From contig JAIROC010000134.1 of the NCBI GenBank assembly GCA_031257735.1, positions 1-37,650 on the forward strand: 37,650 nt of DNA, written 5' to 3'. Source of the DNA: Bacteroidales bacterium. GTDB lineage: Bacteria > Bacteroidota > Bacteroidia > Bacteroidales > WCHB1-69. Position numbers and translations under genes: made by a program. Below, piece after piece: positions 6,908-14,248 of this stretch (within the stretch, counting starts at the first letter, position 1; every line of letters begins with the position of its first letter). The notes under the pieces were generated by a model that had not been told where the DNA came from, ran no database searches, and saw only the letters and a program-made list of their open reading frames with translations.

Positions 6908-7432
6908 TTAAAAACTTGCACAACGCACGGATGTGCCGAGAACCCCCTGAGTGTAGTCGAAACTCAAAGTAATATAGCTACTGCTGAAGTCTAAGGTGCA
7001 AATATAATTGTCTACAATCGTAGCGCTACAGTAATAACCGTAAATACCAACTTCCTCTAACCGTTCATCGCTGTTACTCCTGATACCCGCCGCTGGAAAG
7101 AATATCTCCATCACATCGCCTTCCACTTTATCAAACGTGATCCACATACCTTTCCCGTTATCATCCCATCTACACGGGAGAGATGTAATAAACTCCTGTT
7201 CTTCATGAGTCAGCAATCGTTTATCTTGCTTTTTTGCAGCTATTGAGGCGTTCTGATGACTGAAGTGCTGCTCGCCTGCGTGAATCCTACCGTCCGGAAT
7301 CTCATATTCACTAGTAGCTCTGTTGCACATGGCGAGTTCGGCATCTTTCAGATTCTCCATATCTAACCATATAGGCTGACCACAAATCAGCACATGAACA
7401 GCATTCGTACGTGATTCATTTTTTTGTTTCAT
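6908..7432 (-). CDS. Protein with a C-terminal FISUMP-like (Fibrobacter succinogenes major paralogous) domain, no signal peptide
   Basis: FFPAAGIRSNSDERLEEVGIYGYYCSAT...GTSVRCASF matches the FPAAGxR...G.YGYYWSST...G.SVRC pattern. It starts 5 nt after the parA stop. Confidence 0.5.
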   Translation of the reverse strand: MKQKNESRTNAVHVLICGQPIWLDMENLKDAELAMCNRATSEYEIPDGRIHAGEQHFSHQNASIAAKKQDKRLLTHEEQEFITSLPCRWDDNGKGMWITFDKVEGDVMEIFFPAAGIRSNSDERLEEVGIYGYYCSATIVDNYICTLDFSSSYITLSFDYTQGVLGTSVRCASF

Positions 7433-7436
7433 CGTT

Positions 7437-8129
7437 TTAATTATCTTTTATATGATTAATTATTGTTTCTAATATTTCCTCGCATAATGCTGTATTTGCT
7501 TCATTTTCTTCTGTTATGCCGGTCGTTGTAATATTGCGCTGATAGGCAACAGAAGAATCTTTTATATAGCTATCTAAAACAGAATAAGGTAGCTCACTTT
7601 TTTGTGCATATAGCTGTTTAAATTCAAGAAGTTGTGGTTTTACACGATTCATCACTGCAGCAACGGTTGTTTTGTAATTTAATTTTTTTCTAATAGTTAT
7701 TATTTTGTTCTGCAATAGTTCGTAAAATTGTGCTGTTGAATCTATATCGAACTCATTTGGTTGGAATGGAATAATATAAATATCGATCATATAATAGGAA
7801 GTAATAACTCCTTCTTGCATCATGTTTCCTGGGAGATCTAAGAGTATAATATCATAACTGTCTTGTAGAAACTCAATATTATCTTTTACATCAGAAGAAG
7901 ATATTTGGATGATCTTATAAGATTCAACATTTTCTCCACCTTCTCGCTGCCTTTTTCTATATAAGGTTTGTTGCCTATCATCAGCATCAATGACAGCGAC
8001 ATTTAGCCCTTGTTTTTTTCCTTCAGTGAAAAGATAATTTGCGAAAATTGAGGTTAAGGTTGACTTTCCTACCCCACCTTTTTGGTTTGCAAATGATACA
8101 ACCAACCCCGGATTAAATATTTGTCCCAT
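7437..8129 (-). CDS. parA: ParA/Soj-family partition ATPase (TraA-like in Bacteroides nomenclature)
   Basis: Deviant Walker A NQKGGVGKST and Walker B-like IILLDLPG. Confidence 0.85.
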   Translation of the reverse strand: MGQIFNPGLVVSFANQKGGVGKSTLTSIFANYLFTEGKKQGLNVAVIDADDRQQTLYRKRQREGGENVESYKIIQISSSDVKDNIEFLQDSYDIILLDLPGNMMQEGVITSYYMIDIYIIPFQPNEFDIDSTAQFYELLQNKIITIRKKLNYKTTVAAVMNRVKPQLLEFKQLYAQKSELPYSVLDSYIKDSSVAYQRNITTTGITEENEANTALCEEILETIINHIKDN

Positions 8130-8164
8130 TTTTAATTCATTTAAGTTTTTGGCAAATATATGTT

Positions 8165-8211
8165 TTTATTTATCTATCTACAAATTTATTTATCTATTTT
8201 TTTATTTATCT
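8165..8211. repeat. Three copies of the 11-mer TTTATTTATCT (candidate centromere / parA operator)
   Basis: Copies at 8165-8175, 8185-8195 and 8201-8211, directly upstream of the parA start. Confidence 0.5.
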
Positions 8212-8261
8212 GTTTATATTTATATCTATGTGTATATTAATATACGTATACATACATACAT

Positions 8262-8293
8262 ACAAGTAGCAAAGTATACAAGTAGCAAAGTAT
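8262..8293. repeat. Tandem 16-bp repeat ACAAGTAGCAAAGTAT x2
   Basis: Copies at 8262-8277 and 8278-8293, preceded by a (TACA)n run. Confidence 0.7.
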
Positions 8294-8370
8294 ACAATCG
8301 TTTTGTATATTTTTTCTTTTGAGTATTTAGAGAATGGATTTTTCTTATTATTTTTGTTTCGTTTAATAAG

Positions 8371-8403
8371 CAAGGTGTCTTTTTGTCCGGACAAAAAACC
8401 TTG
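8371..8403. promoter_or_regulatory. Imperfect inverted repeat, oriT hairpin candidate
   Basis: In CAAGGTGTCTTTTTGTCC/GGACAAAAAACCTTG, the arms TTTTTGTCC/GGACAAAAA and CAAGG/CCTTG pair. It lies 49 nt upstream of the mobilisation operon and is followed by GC-rich CCACAGCCGAGCTGCGG. Confidence 0.4.
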
Positions 8404-8451
8404 CCACAGCCGAGCTGCGGATTAACTCCCTGCAGTCATAATTATTAGAAT

Positions 8452-8766
8452 ATGAGTATAGAACAAAAAAGAATACGAATAGAATTACGCCTTTCTTCTG
8501 AGGAGAAGGCACAATTTAAAAGGAAGGCTGCCTCTTTGGGTTTCAGATCTATTTCTAAGTATATAAAATTAGTCATTTTAAATCAACGGGAAATAAAGCC
8601 GAAGGTAGATGTAGAACTTGCACTACAAATACGAAAAATAGGAGTTAATATTAATCAGATGGTGGCGCTTTGTAATCACTATAAGACAGATAAAGTTATA
8701 AAAGACATAGGTTTATCTTTAGAGAGTGAAATACAATTATTAAATAAAATCCTGGCTAAATTATGA
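8452..8766 (+). CDS. MobC-family relaxosome accessory protein
   Basis: The RHH-like N-terminus RIELRLSSEEKAQFKRKA is followed by the signature IRKIGVNINQMVALCN (GxNxNQ). It overlaps the relaxase start (ATGA). Confidence 0.75.
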   Translation: MSIEQKRIRIELRLSSEEKAQFKRKAASLGFRSISKYIKLVILNQREIKPKVDVELALQIRKIGVNINQMVALCNHYKTDKVIKDIGLSLESEIQLLNKILAKL

Positions 8767-10247
8767 TTGCGAAATTTGATAAAAAACCTTTTAGTAGTTC
8801 TGCTCTATCATTTAAAGTTGATTACCATACCAAAAAAATAGAAGCAGGTAAAGGAGAGTTTTTGTATTCTTCGGTTGTGAATAGTTTTTCTGACTTTACT
8901 GATGTGGCTCATCAGGTTGCCGGTTTAAATGAAAGGGTAAAATATCCCTTTCACGAGGTAAGTTTAAATCTCCCTAAGGGTGAATCATTAGATGATGACA
9001 GGTTTATTGAGATTGCAAAAGATTTTATGAAAAAAATGAAGTATGATAATACTGCCTACTCTATTATTCGTCATACGGACAAAGAACATGAGCATATTCA
9101 TATTCTATTTACTACTGTTGATCTTGAAGGAAAGAAGGTCGATAGATTTAATGAGAGGCGGAGAAGTCAGCAGGCTTCCAGGGAGCTGGAACAGAAATAC
9201 ACCCTTAAAGAAACGGTTTATAATAAATTTGATAAGAATACGTTTTCTGAGATAAAGGCCAGGGAGTATTATTTTCATAATGCACTTGTTAAAGGGTTAA
9301 AGTCATACCAATATGAAGTTATATTGAATGAAAAGTTGGATGGTACTATACTATCAAATATTGGCGATAGAAGCCTTACCAACTCCGAATGTGAAGTTAT
9401 TTTAGGTACAGCTCTTTATGATGAGATAGGTTCCATTTTGGACATGGGTAACTTCTTCAACAAATTATTTAAAGATGAACTTCTTTCTATTATGGATAAT
9501 AGTTTTTTGGAAAGTAAAAGCTTTGTTTCATTTAAAAAGCTATTGGCTGATCAGGGTGTATATATGAGATTAGTTAGTGATAAGGGCCAATCAAAATATG
9601 TATATGGGTTATCGAATGTTCCTATATATTTCAATGATACAACTTTACCTAAGAGATACCGGTACGGAGAGATTACTTCTCTTAAATGGAATGAAAGATT
9701 GAATGTGGAGGTTGATCAGAAGGAGGTGGGCGGTTCTGCGCTCCTTTCCACCGGTACAACAAACATAGAATTATCTGCTGATGAACAGAAACATGTAATT
9801 TACAACTTGGTTTACCTGGCATTACACAATTCTGATAATTATGAAGAATTTAGTAGTAAGTTGAAATATGGTAATGTGTTTTTAGAGGAGCATAAAAACT
9901 CGAAAGGGGTGTATGGATTGTCTCTCACTTTATCTTCGGTAGGAAATCCAGTAACATTTAAAGCATCAGATGTTTCTAAGAATCTTAGTTACCCAGCTAT
10001 TAACAGGTATTTTACTTCGATTGAAAATCCAATCAGTCGGGTTGCTAATGATACAGGTGTGATAAAAAGCATAGCTGAGGATACGAATAAATATATACCT
10101 TTGTTTTCTCAGTTGGCATTATCGCTTATGCTATCCGGAAGTGACCGGTACGATAGGGAATTAGAAAGAGAAGAAGAGGACAATCAGGAAAGAGACGATT
10201 TGAAAAAGAAGAAAAAGAAAAAAAATATGAATATTCATAAAAACTAA
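8763..10247 (+). CDS. Relaxase / mobilisation nuclease
   Basis: Histidine-triad motif IIRHTDKEHEHIHILFTTVD (HxDx3HxHxH). A Lys-rich C-terminal tail is also present. Confidence 0.8.
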   Translation: MIAKFDKKPFSSSALSFKVDYHTKKIEAGKGEFLYSSVVNSFSDFTDVAHQVAGLNERVKYPFHEVSLNLPKGESLDDDRFIEIAKDFMKKMKYDNTAYSIIRHTDKEHEHIHILFTTVDLEGKKVDRFNERRRSQQASRELEQKYTLKETVYNKFDKNTFSEIKAREYYFHNALVKGLKSYQYEVILNEKLDGTILSNIGDRSLTNSECEVILGTALYDEIGSILDMGNFFNKLFKDELLSIMDNSFLESKSFVSFKKLLADQGVYMRLVSDKGQSKYVYGLSNVPIYFNDTTLPKRYRYGEITSLKWNERLNVEVDQKEVGGSALLSTGTTNIELSADEQKHVIYNLVYLALHNSDNYEEFSSKLKYGNVFLEEHKNSKGVYGLSLTLSSVGNPVTFKASDVSKNLSYPAINRYFTSIENPISRVANDTGVIKSIAEDTNKYIPLFSQLALSLMLSGSDRYDRELEREEEDNQERDDLKKKKKKKNMNIHKN

Positions 10248-10559
10248 GTATATGTGTAAAAAGACAAATTTCTTTGCTTTCCGCATGGGAAAGAATATGA
10301 ATATATTTGACAATAACGAAGACTACGACGAATCCGGATAAGCCCCGCATCCACTCCGGATCCGCCGTCAGGAGAAGCCGTGAGCGCTTTCCCCCGGCAT
10401 AACGTAAATCATTGTAAATCAATAAAATGCATTTGATAGGATTTAGCGAAACAAAAACAACCCCATGAAAGGAATAAACCCACAAAAATAAATTGACAGT
10501 AAAATATATTTACATACTAAACCCGTGCTATTATAACCCATTACATAGCTAATCCACCC

Positions 10560-10871
10560 TTATTTGAATAGCTTTATTATAATATCCGGATGGAGGCAAC
10601 CAACAGTCGACTCGTCTCTTACGCTCACACATAGGATACCATTGTAATTTACTATCTTCTCAATATCACTGGCATATCTAGACGCTATACGTTCAGCCAG
10701 ATATATTGCGGACATATGATCTACACATGACAAATACAAACTCTTATCACGACTTTTAAAAAAATCTATCTGCCATTTAAGATCGAGTATATATTTGTGT
10801 ATCACATCCGAATCCCATAATCTATTAAATTCCTTTAATTCCCGTTCCACATTCATTAATTTATAGACCAA
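10560..10871 (-). CDS. Hypothetical protein (103 aa)
   Basis: ORF only; it is the last gene of the long minus-strand array. Confidence 0.35.
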   Translation of the reverse strand: MVYKLMNVERELKEFNRLWDSDVIHKYILDLKWQIDFFKSRDKSLYLSCVDHMSAIYLAERIASRYASDIEKIVNYNGILCVSVRDESTVGCLHPDIIIKLFK

Positions 10872-10905
10872 ACCAATTCACATAATCACATAACCATCCG
10901 TAGGG

Positions 10906-11019
10906 CTATCCAATAAGATCGTGCTTCTTTAGCCATCTACGGCCACCAGGAAATGCGTAGCATAATAGGAATGCGATACACGGAACGCCTATAAATGCAA
11001 GTACAATATATGCTCCCAT
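10906..11019 (-). CDS. Small hydrophobic peptide P1 (37 aa, one TM segment)
   Basis: Manual ORF: MGAYIVLAFIGVPCIAFLLCYAFPGGRRWLKKHDLIG. Preceded by AAGGAGGAATAAA-ATG. The start region is a 24-bp exact repeat of that of P2. Confidence 0.5.
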   Translation of the reverse strand: MGAYIVLAFIGVPCIAFLLCYAFPGGRRWLKKHDLIG

Positions 11020-11050
11020 TTTATTCCTCCTTTTTAATAATTAATAATCC

Positions 11051-11075
11051 TAAAACGGTTGAAAGCTATACACAA
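11051..11075 (-). promoter_or_regulatory. Intergenic motif copy c (gene-sense TTGTGTATAGCTTTCAACCGTTTTA)
   Basis: Starts 4 nt after the P2 stop and lies 31 nt upstream of the P1 ATG. Confidence 0.7.
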
Positions 11076-11079
11076 AACA

Positions 11080-11166
11080 CTATTCATATTTATCTTGGTG
11101 GTTGAAGTAAACCACGCCAATAATAGCAACGATTGTCACAAATACTGATACCGCAATTGCTCCCAT
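11080..11166 (-). CDS. Small hydrophobic peptide P2 (28 aa, one TM segment)
   Basis: Manual ORF: MGAIAVSVFVTIVAIIGVVYFNHQDKYE. Preceded by AAGGAGGAATAAA-ATG, which is formed by the last codons and stop of P3. Confidence 0.5.
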   Translation of the reverse strand: MGAIAVSVFVTIVAIIGVVYFNHQDKYE

Positions 11167-11167
11167 T

Positions 11168-11353
11168 TTATTCCTCCTTTTCTTTTTTGTTTCTAATGAG
11201 CCAAAGCCCTGTTACTAAAGTTGCCGCTGATGCTATAATAACAGACATTATCACCCAAGGGTTTTCCATGTCACCAAAAGCAGAAGACAGCAATAAAGCT
11301 GTAATCATATATTTAGCTATATCCATCAACCACTTACCAAACTCTTTTTTCAT
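11168..11353 (-). CDS. Small membrane protein P3 (61 aa, two TM segments)
   Basis: MKKEFGKWLMDIAKYMITALLLSSAFGDMENPWVIMSVIIASAATLVTGLWLIRNKKEKEE. Confidence 0.5.
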   Translation of the reverse strand: MKKEFGKWLMDIAKYMITALLLSSAFGDMENPWVIMSVIIASAATLVTGLWLIRNKKEKEE

Positions 11354-11374
11354 GTTGTTACAAACATAATGATT

Positions 11375-11827
11375 TTAATTGATTTCTGGCCTTTTTTGCG
11401 GCGTCGATTCGTTGAGTTCAATTGCTGCAATCATACCTACTCTCAACTCTTCCTCTTTCTCTACATTAGTAAACAAATCAAATCCGGAATATTCATCGAA
11501 TATTTCTTTCAACTCAAAATATTTATCTATGCATTCTTCTTCCTTTAAGTTCTTATTAAATTCGGAAGAGTAGAGACTTCTTAGAAAATCTGTCGGTGAC
11601 CATTGGTACCCGTCGAGCAATTCTTCTTTCGCTTCTTCCCTGGCAAAAATGACTTCTTTGCCTTCTTTCAACAGCGACAGATATTTCTCATATGCTAGGT
11701 TAGCACGTTCAATAATTATTTCTTTCAGCATTTCCTTATCCCTAAATAAATAAGGATGTGATATTTCAATGATATGAAACATCTTTTGTTGCCAATAGTC
11801 CGTGGCTTTTAATGTCATTACTGTCAT
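11375..11827 (-). CDS. DUF1896-like protein
   Basis: ISHPYLFRDKEMLKEIIIERANLAYEKYLSLLKEGKEVIFAREEAKEELLDGYQWS follows the DUF1896 pattern seen beside primase/topoisomerase genes of Bacteroides conjugative elements. Confidence 0.45.
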   Translation of the reverse strand: MTVMTLKATDYWQQKMFHIIEISHPYLFRDKEMLKEIIIERANLAYEKYLSLLKEGKEVIFAREEAKEELLDGYQWSPTDFLRSLYSSEFNKNLKEEECIDKYFELKEIFDEYSGFDLFTNVEKEEELRVGMIAAIELNESTPQKRPEIN

Positions 11828-11829
11828 AC

Positions 11830-13116
11830 TTAAATTGTTAATTGATTATTAATATTTTGCTTGTTCTCAATCTGTTTTTTCAAATCGTCATTGAAATCCT
11901 TTTCAACCGGTAACTTCAACTCGAGCGATTGACCAAATTTATATTCAATAATATTCTCCGCTAATTTTTTAAGATATTCAACCGATCTTGGGAAAGAGAC
12001 CTGGTAGTTCAATTTACTTGCAGTATCGTTTATGCGGTCAATCTGAACATTTTCTTTTCCAAAAAAATAATTTAAAGTTTGTTCCTGAAATAATTTCTGA
12101 AAAATCCCTTCACCTTCTCCATTTGAATTATTTAATTCCACACCAATATAGATTCGTTTATCATTTTCTTCCAGACCTTTGCTAATAGAGATATGAGATA
12201 AACCTTCATTCAAATTGTTAAAGTCTAAATTCAAAGACTTTATCGTATATATAAGTCCGAAAAGGTCGTTGTCATAATTCAACTCAATCGATTGGATTGA
12301 ATTATGATTAATCAATGTCTGAATAGTATTGATCTGTCCATCGCATAGTGACCCCTCTGAGGAAACAAACAGAACATTTTGTTTATTGTCCGGGAAATAG
12401 TGCATCTGATAATATGCTAACCCATCTAATATGCTTTCACATAAGTGAAGCTTTATTGGAGAACTACGATCAATCATAGATGAAGCAATTGTATCATACC
12501 GGGAACCAAGTGCACCTTTAAAATATTCATTCCGTTGACTTATCCCTTGTATTCCGGAAGGATTGACAAGCCTTATACAAGTGTTTTCATACACCTTCAC
12601 CTCCCCCTCTTTATTAACGACCTGCTGTCGTTGCATAAAAGCACCTTTCCATTCCCTTGTTTGCAGCACCTCGGGATCAATACCTCGTTTCGTCAAAAAA
12701 GAAAGATTCTTCAGGGGTTCACACCTCTGAATGACCCTTAATATATAATCCTGATCCAACAGTTCATTATTGAGTTTAAAATCACTGTGTTCAGGGAGGA
12801 TTGTTTTCCCCGAGTCAACATAAGTCTGTAATATCTCCCCTGCTTCCCTGAATGATATATTCCTCCCTGTTTCCTTATATACGTGATCAATCATAATATC
12901 AAGTATAGTAGACCCTTTTATCTTATCGTTATGCACATCCCAATACGTATAGAAATCTTTTGCATTCTTCTTGATTATTATCGTCTGATCCCCACCTGGA
13001 GATTGCATCTTAGGATTTTTATAAGTAAAACCCTCAACTGGTTTCCAGCCAAGAATATCCCGAAGAAAATCGGGTAGACTAATATTAGTCTTCAAAAGAT
13101 CAAAATCAACTTTCAT
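11830..13116 (-). CDS. DUF3991/Toprim-type primase-like protein
   Basis: N-terminus LPDFLRDILGWKPVEG...IIIKKNAKDFYTYWDVHNDKIKGSTILD. A central acidic Toprim-like segment is present (LCESILDGLAY...VLFVSSEG...ELNYDNDLFG). The call is by pattern only. Confidence 0.5.
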   Translation of the reverse strand: MKVDFDLLKTNISLPDFLRDILGWKPVEGFTYKNPKMQSPGGDQTIIIKKNAKDFYTYWDVHNDKIKGSTILDIMIDHVYKETGRNISFREAGEILQTYVDSGKTILPEHSDFKLNNELLDQDYILRVIQRCEPLKNLSFLTKRGIDPEVLQTREWKGAFMQRQQVVNKEGEVKVYENTCIRLVNPSGIQGISQRNEYFKGALGSRYDTIASSMIDRSSPIKLHLCESILDGLAYYQMHYFPDNKQNVLFVSSEGSLCDGQINTIQTLINHNSIQSIELNYDNDLFGLIYTIKSLNLDFNNLNEGLSHISISKGLEENDKRIYIGVELNNSNGEGEGIFQKLFQEQTLNYFFGKENVQIDRINDTASKLNYQVSFPRSVEYLKKLAENIIEYKFGQSLELKLPVEKDFNDDLKKQIENKQNINNQLTI

Positions 13117-13126
13117 AACACAAATA

Positions 13127-13156
13127 TAAACATTTGAAAGTTATACTATACATAAC
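13127..13156 (-). promoter_or_regulatory. Intergenic motif copy d (degenerate; GTTATGTATAGTATAACTTTCAAATGTTTA)
   Basis: Ends 10 nt before the primase-like ATG at 13116. It carries a 5-nt insertion relative to the consensus. Confidence 0.55.
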
Positions 13157-13321
13157 TATTTATCGTCACCTGTGTCCTTGCTGCAGAGATGATAAGAACA
13201 GTTATTTTACATCGTCTATTGAATACACTAGCAATCTTGGTATAAAGATAGCTGTTTTTATCTTCTGCCCAACTATTTTACGAGAAAAGTTCGCAAACAC
13301 TCTCAGGACAGTTGATTAATG

Positions 13322-14242
13322 TTAATGTATTAATTTTACTGCCGGCTTGAATTTCTCATAAATAGCTTCATTCAAAGAATATATAATATCCGCAGCATTT
13401 CTGAACATTATAAAACACCATTCTTCGGTATTTTTCAACGTATATACCGTTTTCACCGAAGACCCATGTGTAGCCCTTATTTGTTTTATTGCCCGGGTAG
13501 ACATATTCACTATATCTTCGGTAGGAAAAAATTCCTTTTTCAGTCCCAAAGATAAAAAAGAATTTGAAGTGTCTAAAAGAATGCTACCACTTTCCGCCCG
13601 GTTCAAAAAGAAAATAAAGGTTTTAAGAATTTCCAACGGATTTTCTTTACCTATGAGTAGATTAAGTTTTTTATCTTTACTTAATTTCTCCAACAAATAA
13701 GAATAAGCAGCTGGAAAAAGATGAATATAGTATTCACTATTTAAATCACTATTTACCACCCTATCATATTTACCCGGATCAAACGTAATAAGGAGTTCAT
13801 CAGCAGAAGCATTGCCATTGTCTATACTACATATCACATTATCAAACTTAAAACTCGAAGTTTCGATCTCTGCCAGGTTTCTAATTCTGTCCGATTCTTT
13901 AAGAACAAATCCATGAAAGGGTTGTACTTCATTCCTATATCTAAAATCATCCAAATGGTTGATATCGAATATATATGCTAATACACTTTCCTTATCAGTT
14001 ACAACATCAAAAACAAATTCTTCTTCCTGAAGTAAAGACTCAACATCAACCTCTAGGAACAGTCCCAACTCATAAGGGGATATTTCCGTAAAGTTCATCA
14101 ATTCAATACAAGACACTTTTCCTTTTTGAGGAGAATACAAAATAAAGTGTCCTTTATCAAATTGATATATATGCATAAAGTCACCTGTCTCAACGGGCCT
14201 TGTATTTTTTAATAAACTCTTATATGTAACAGGTTCATTCAT
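13322..14242 (-). CDS. Hypothetical protein (306 aa)
   Basis: Long ORF between the coupling-protein and primase-like genes. No motif was recognised. Confidence 0.5.
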   Translation of the reverse strand: MNEPVTYKSLLKNTRPVETGDFMHIYQFDKGHFILYSPQKGKVSCIELMNFTEISPYELGLFLEVDVESLLQEEEFVFDVVTDKESVLAYIFDINHLDDFRYRNEVQPFHGFVLKESDRIRNLAEIETSSFKFDNVICSIDNGNASADELLITFDPGKYDRVVNSDLNSEYYIHLFPAAYSYLLEKLSKDKKLNLLIGKENPLEILKTFIFFLNRAESGSILLDTSNSFLSLGLKKEFFPTEDIVNMSTRAIKQIRATHGSSVKTVYTLKNTEEWCFIMFRNAADIIYSLNEAIYEKFKPAVKLIH

Positions 14243-14248
14243 ACAATT

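Noticed and set aside
8249-8264. (TACA)n microsatellite.
   Set aside because: It is only about four units long and is probably part of the larger repeat-rich cis region rather than an independent contingency locus.
8206-8394. 62-aa minus-strand ORF in the parA-mob intergenic region.
   Set aside because: It is composed of the TTTATTTATCT, TACA and 16-mer DNA repeats, so the low-complexity peptide is better explained as cis-acting DNA.
10126-10485. 119-aa minus-strand ORF overlapping the relaxase 3' end and the GC-rich island.
   Set aside because: It overlaps the well-supported relaxase gene in antisense, has no motif and has an implausible composition.
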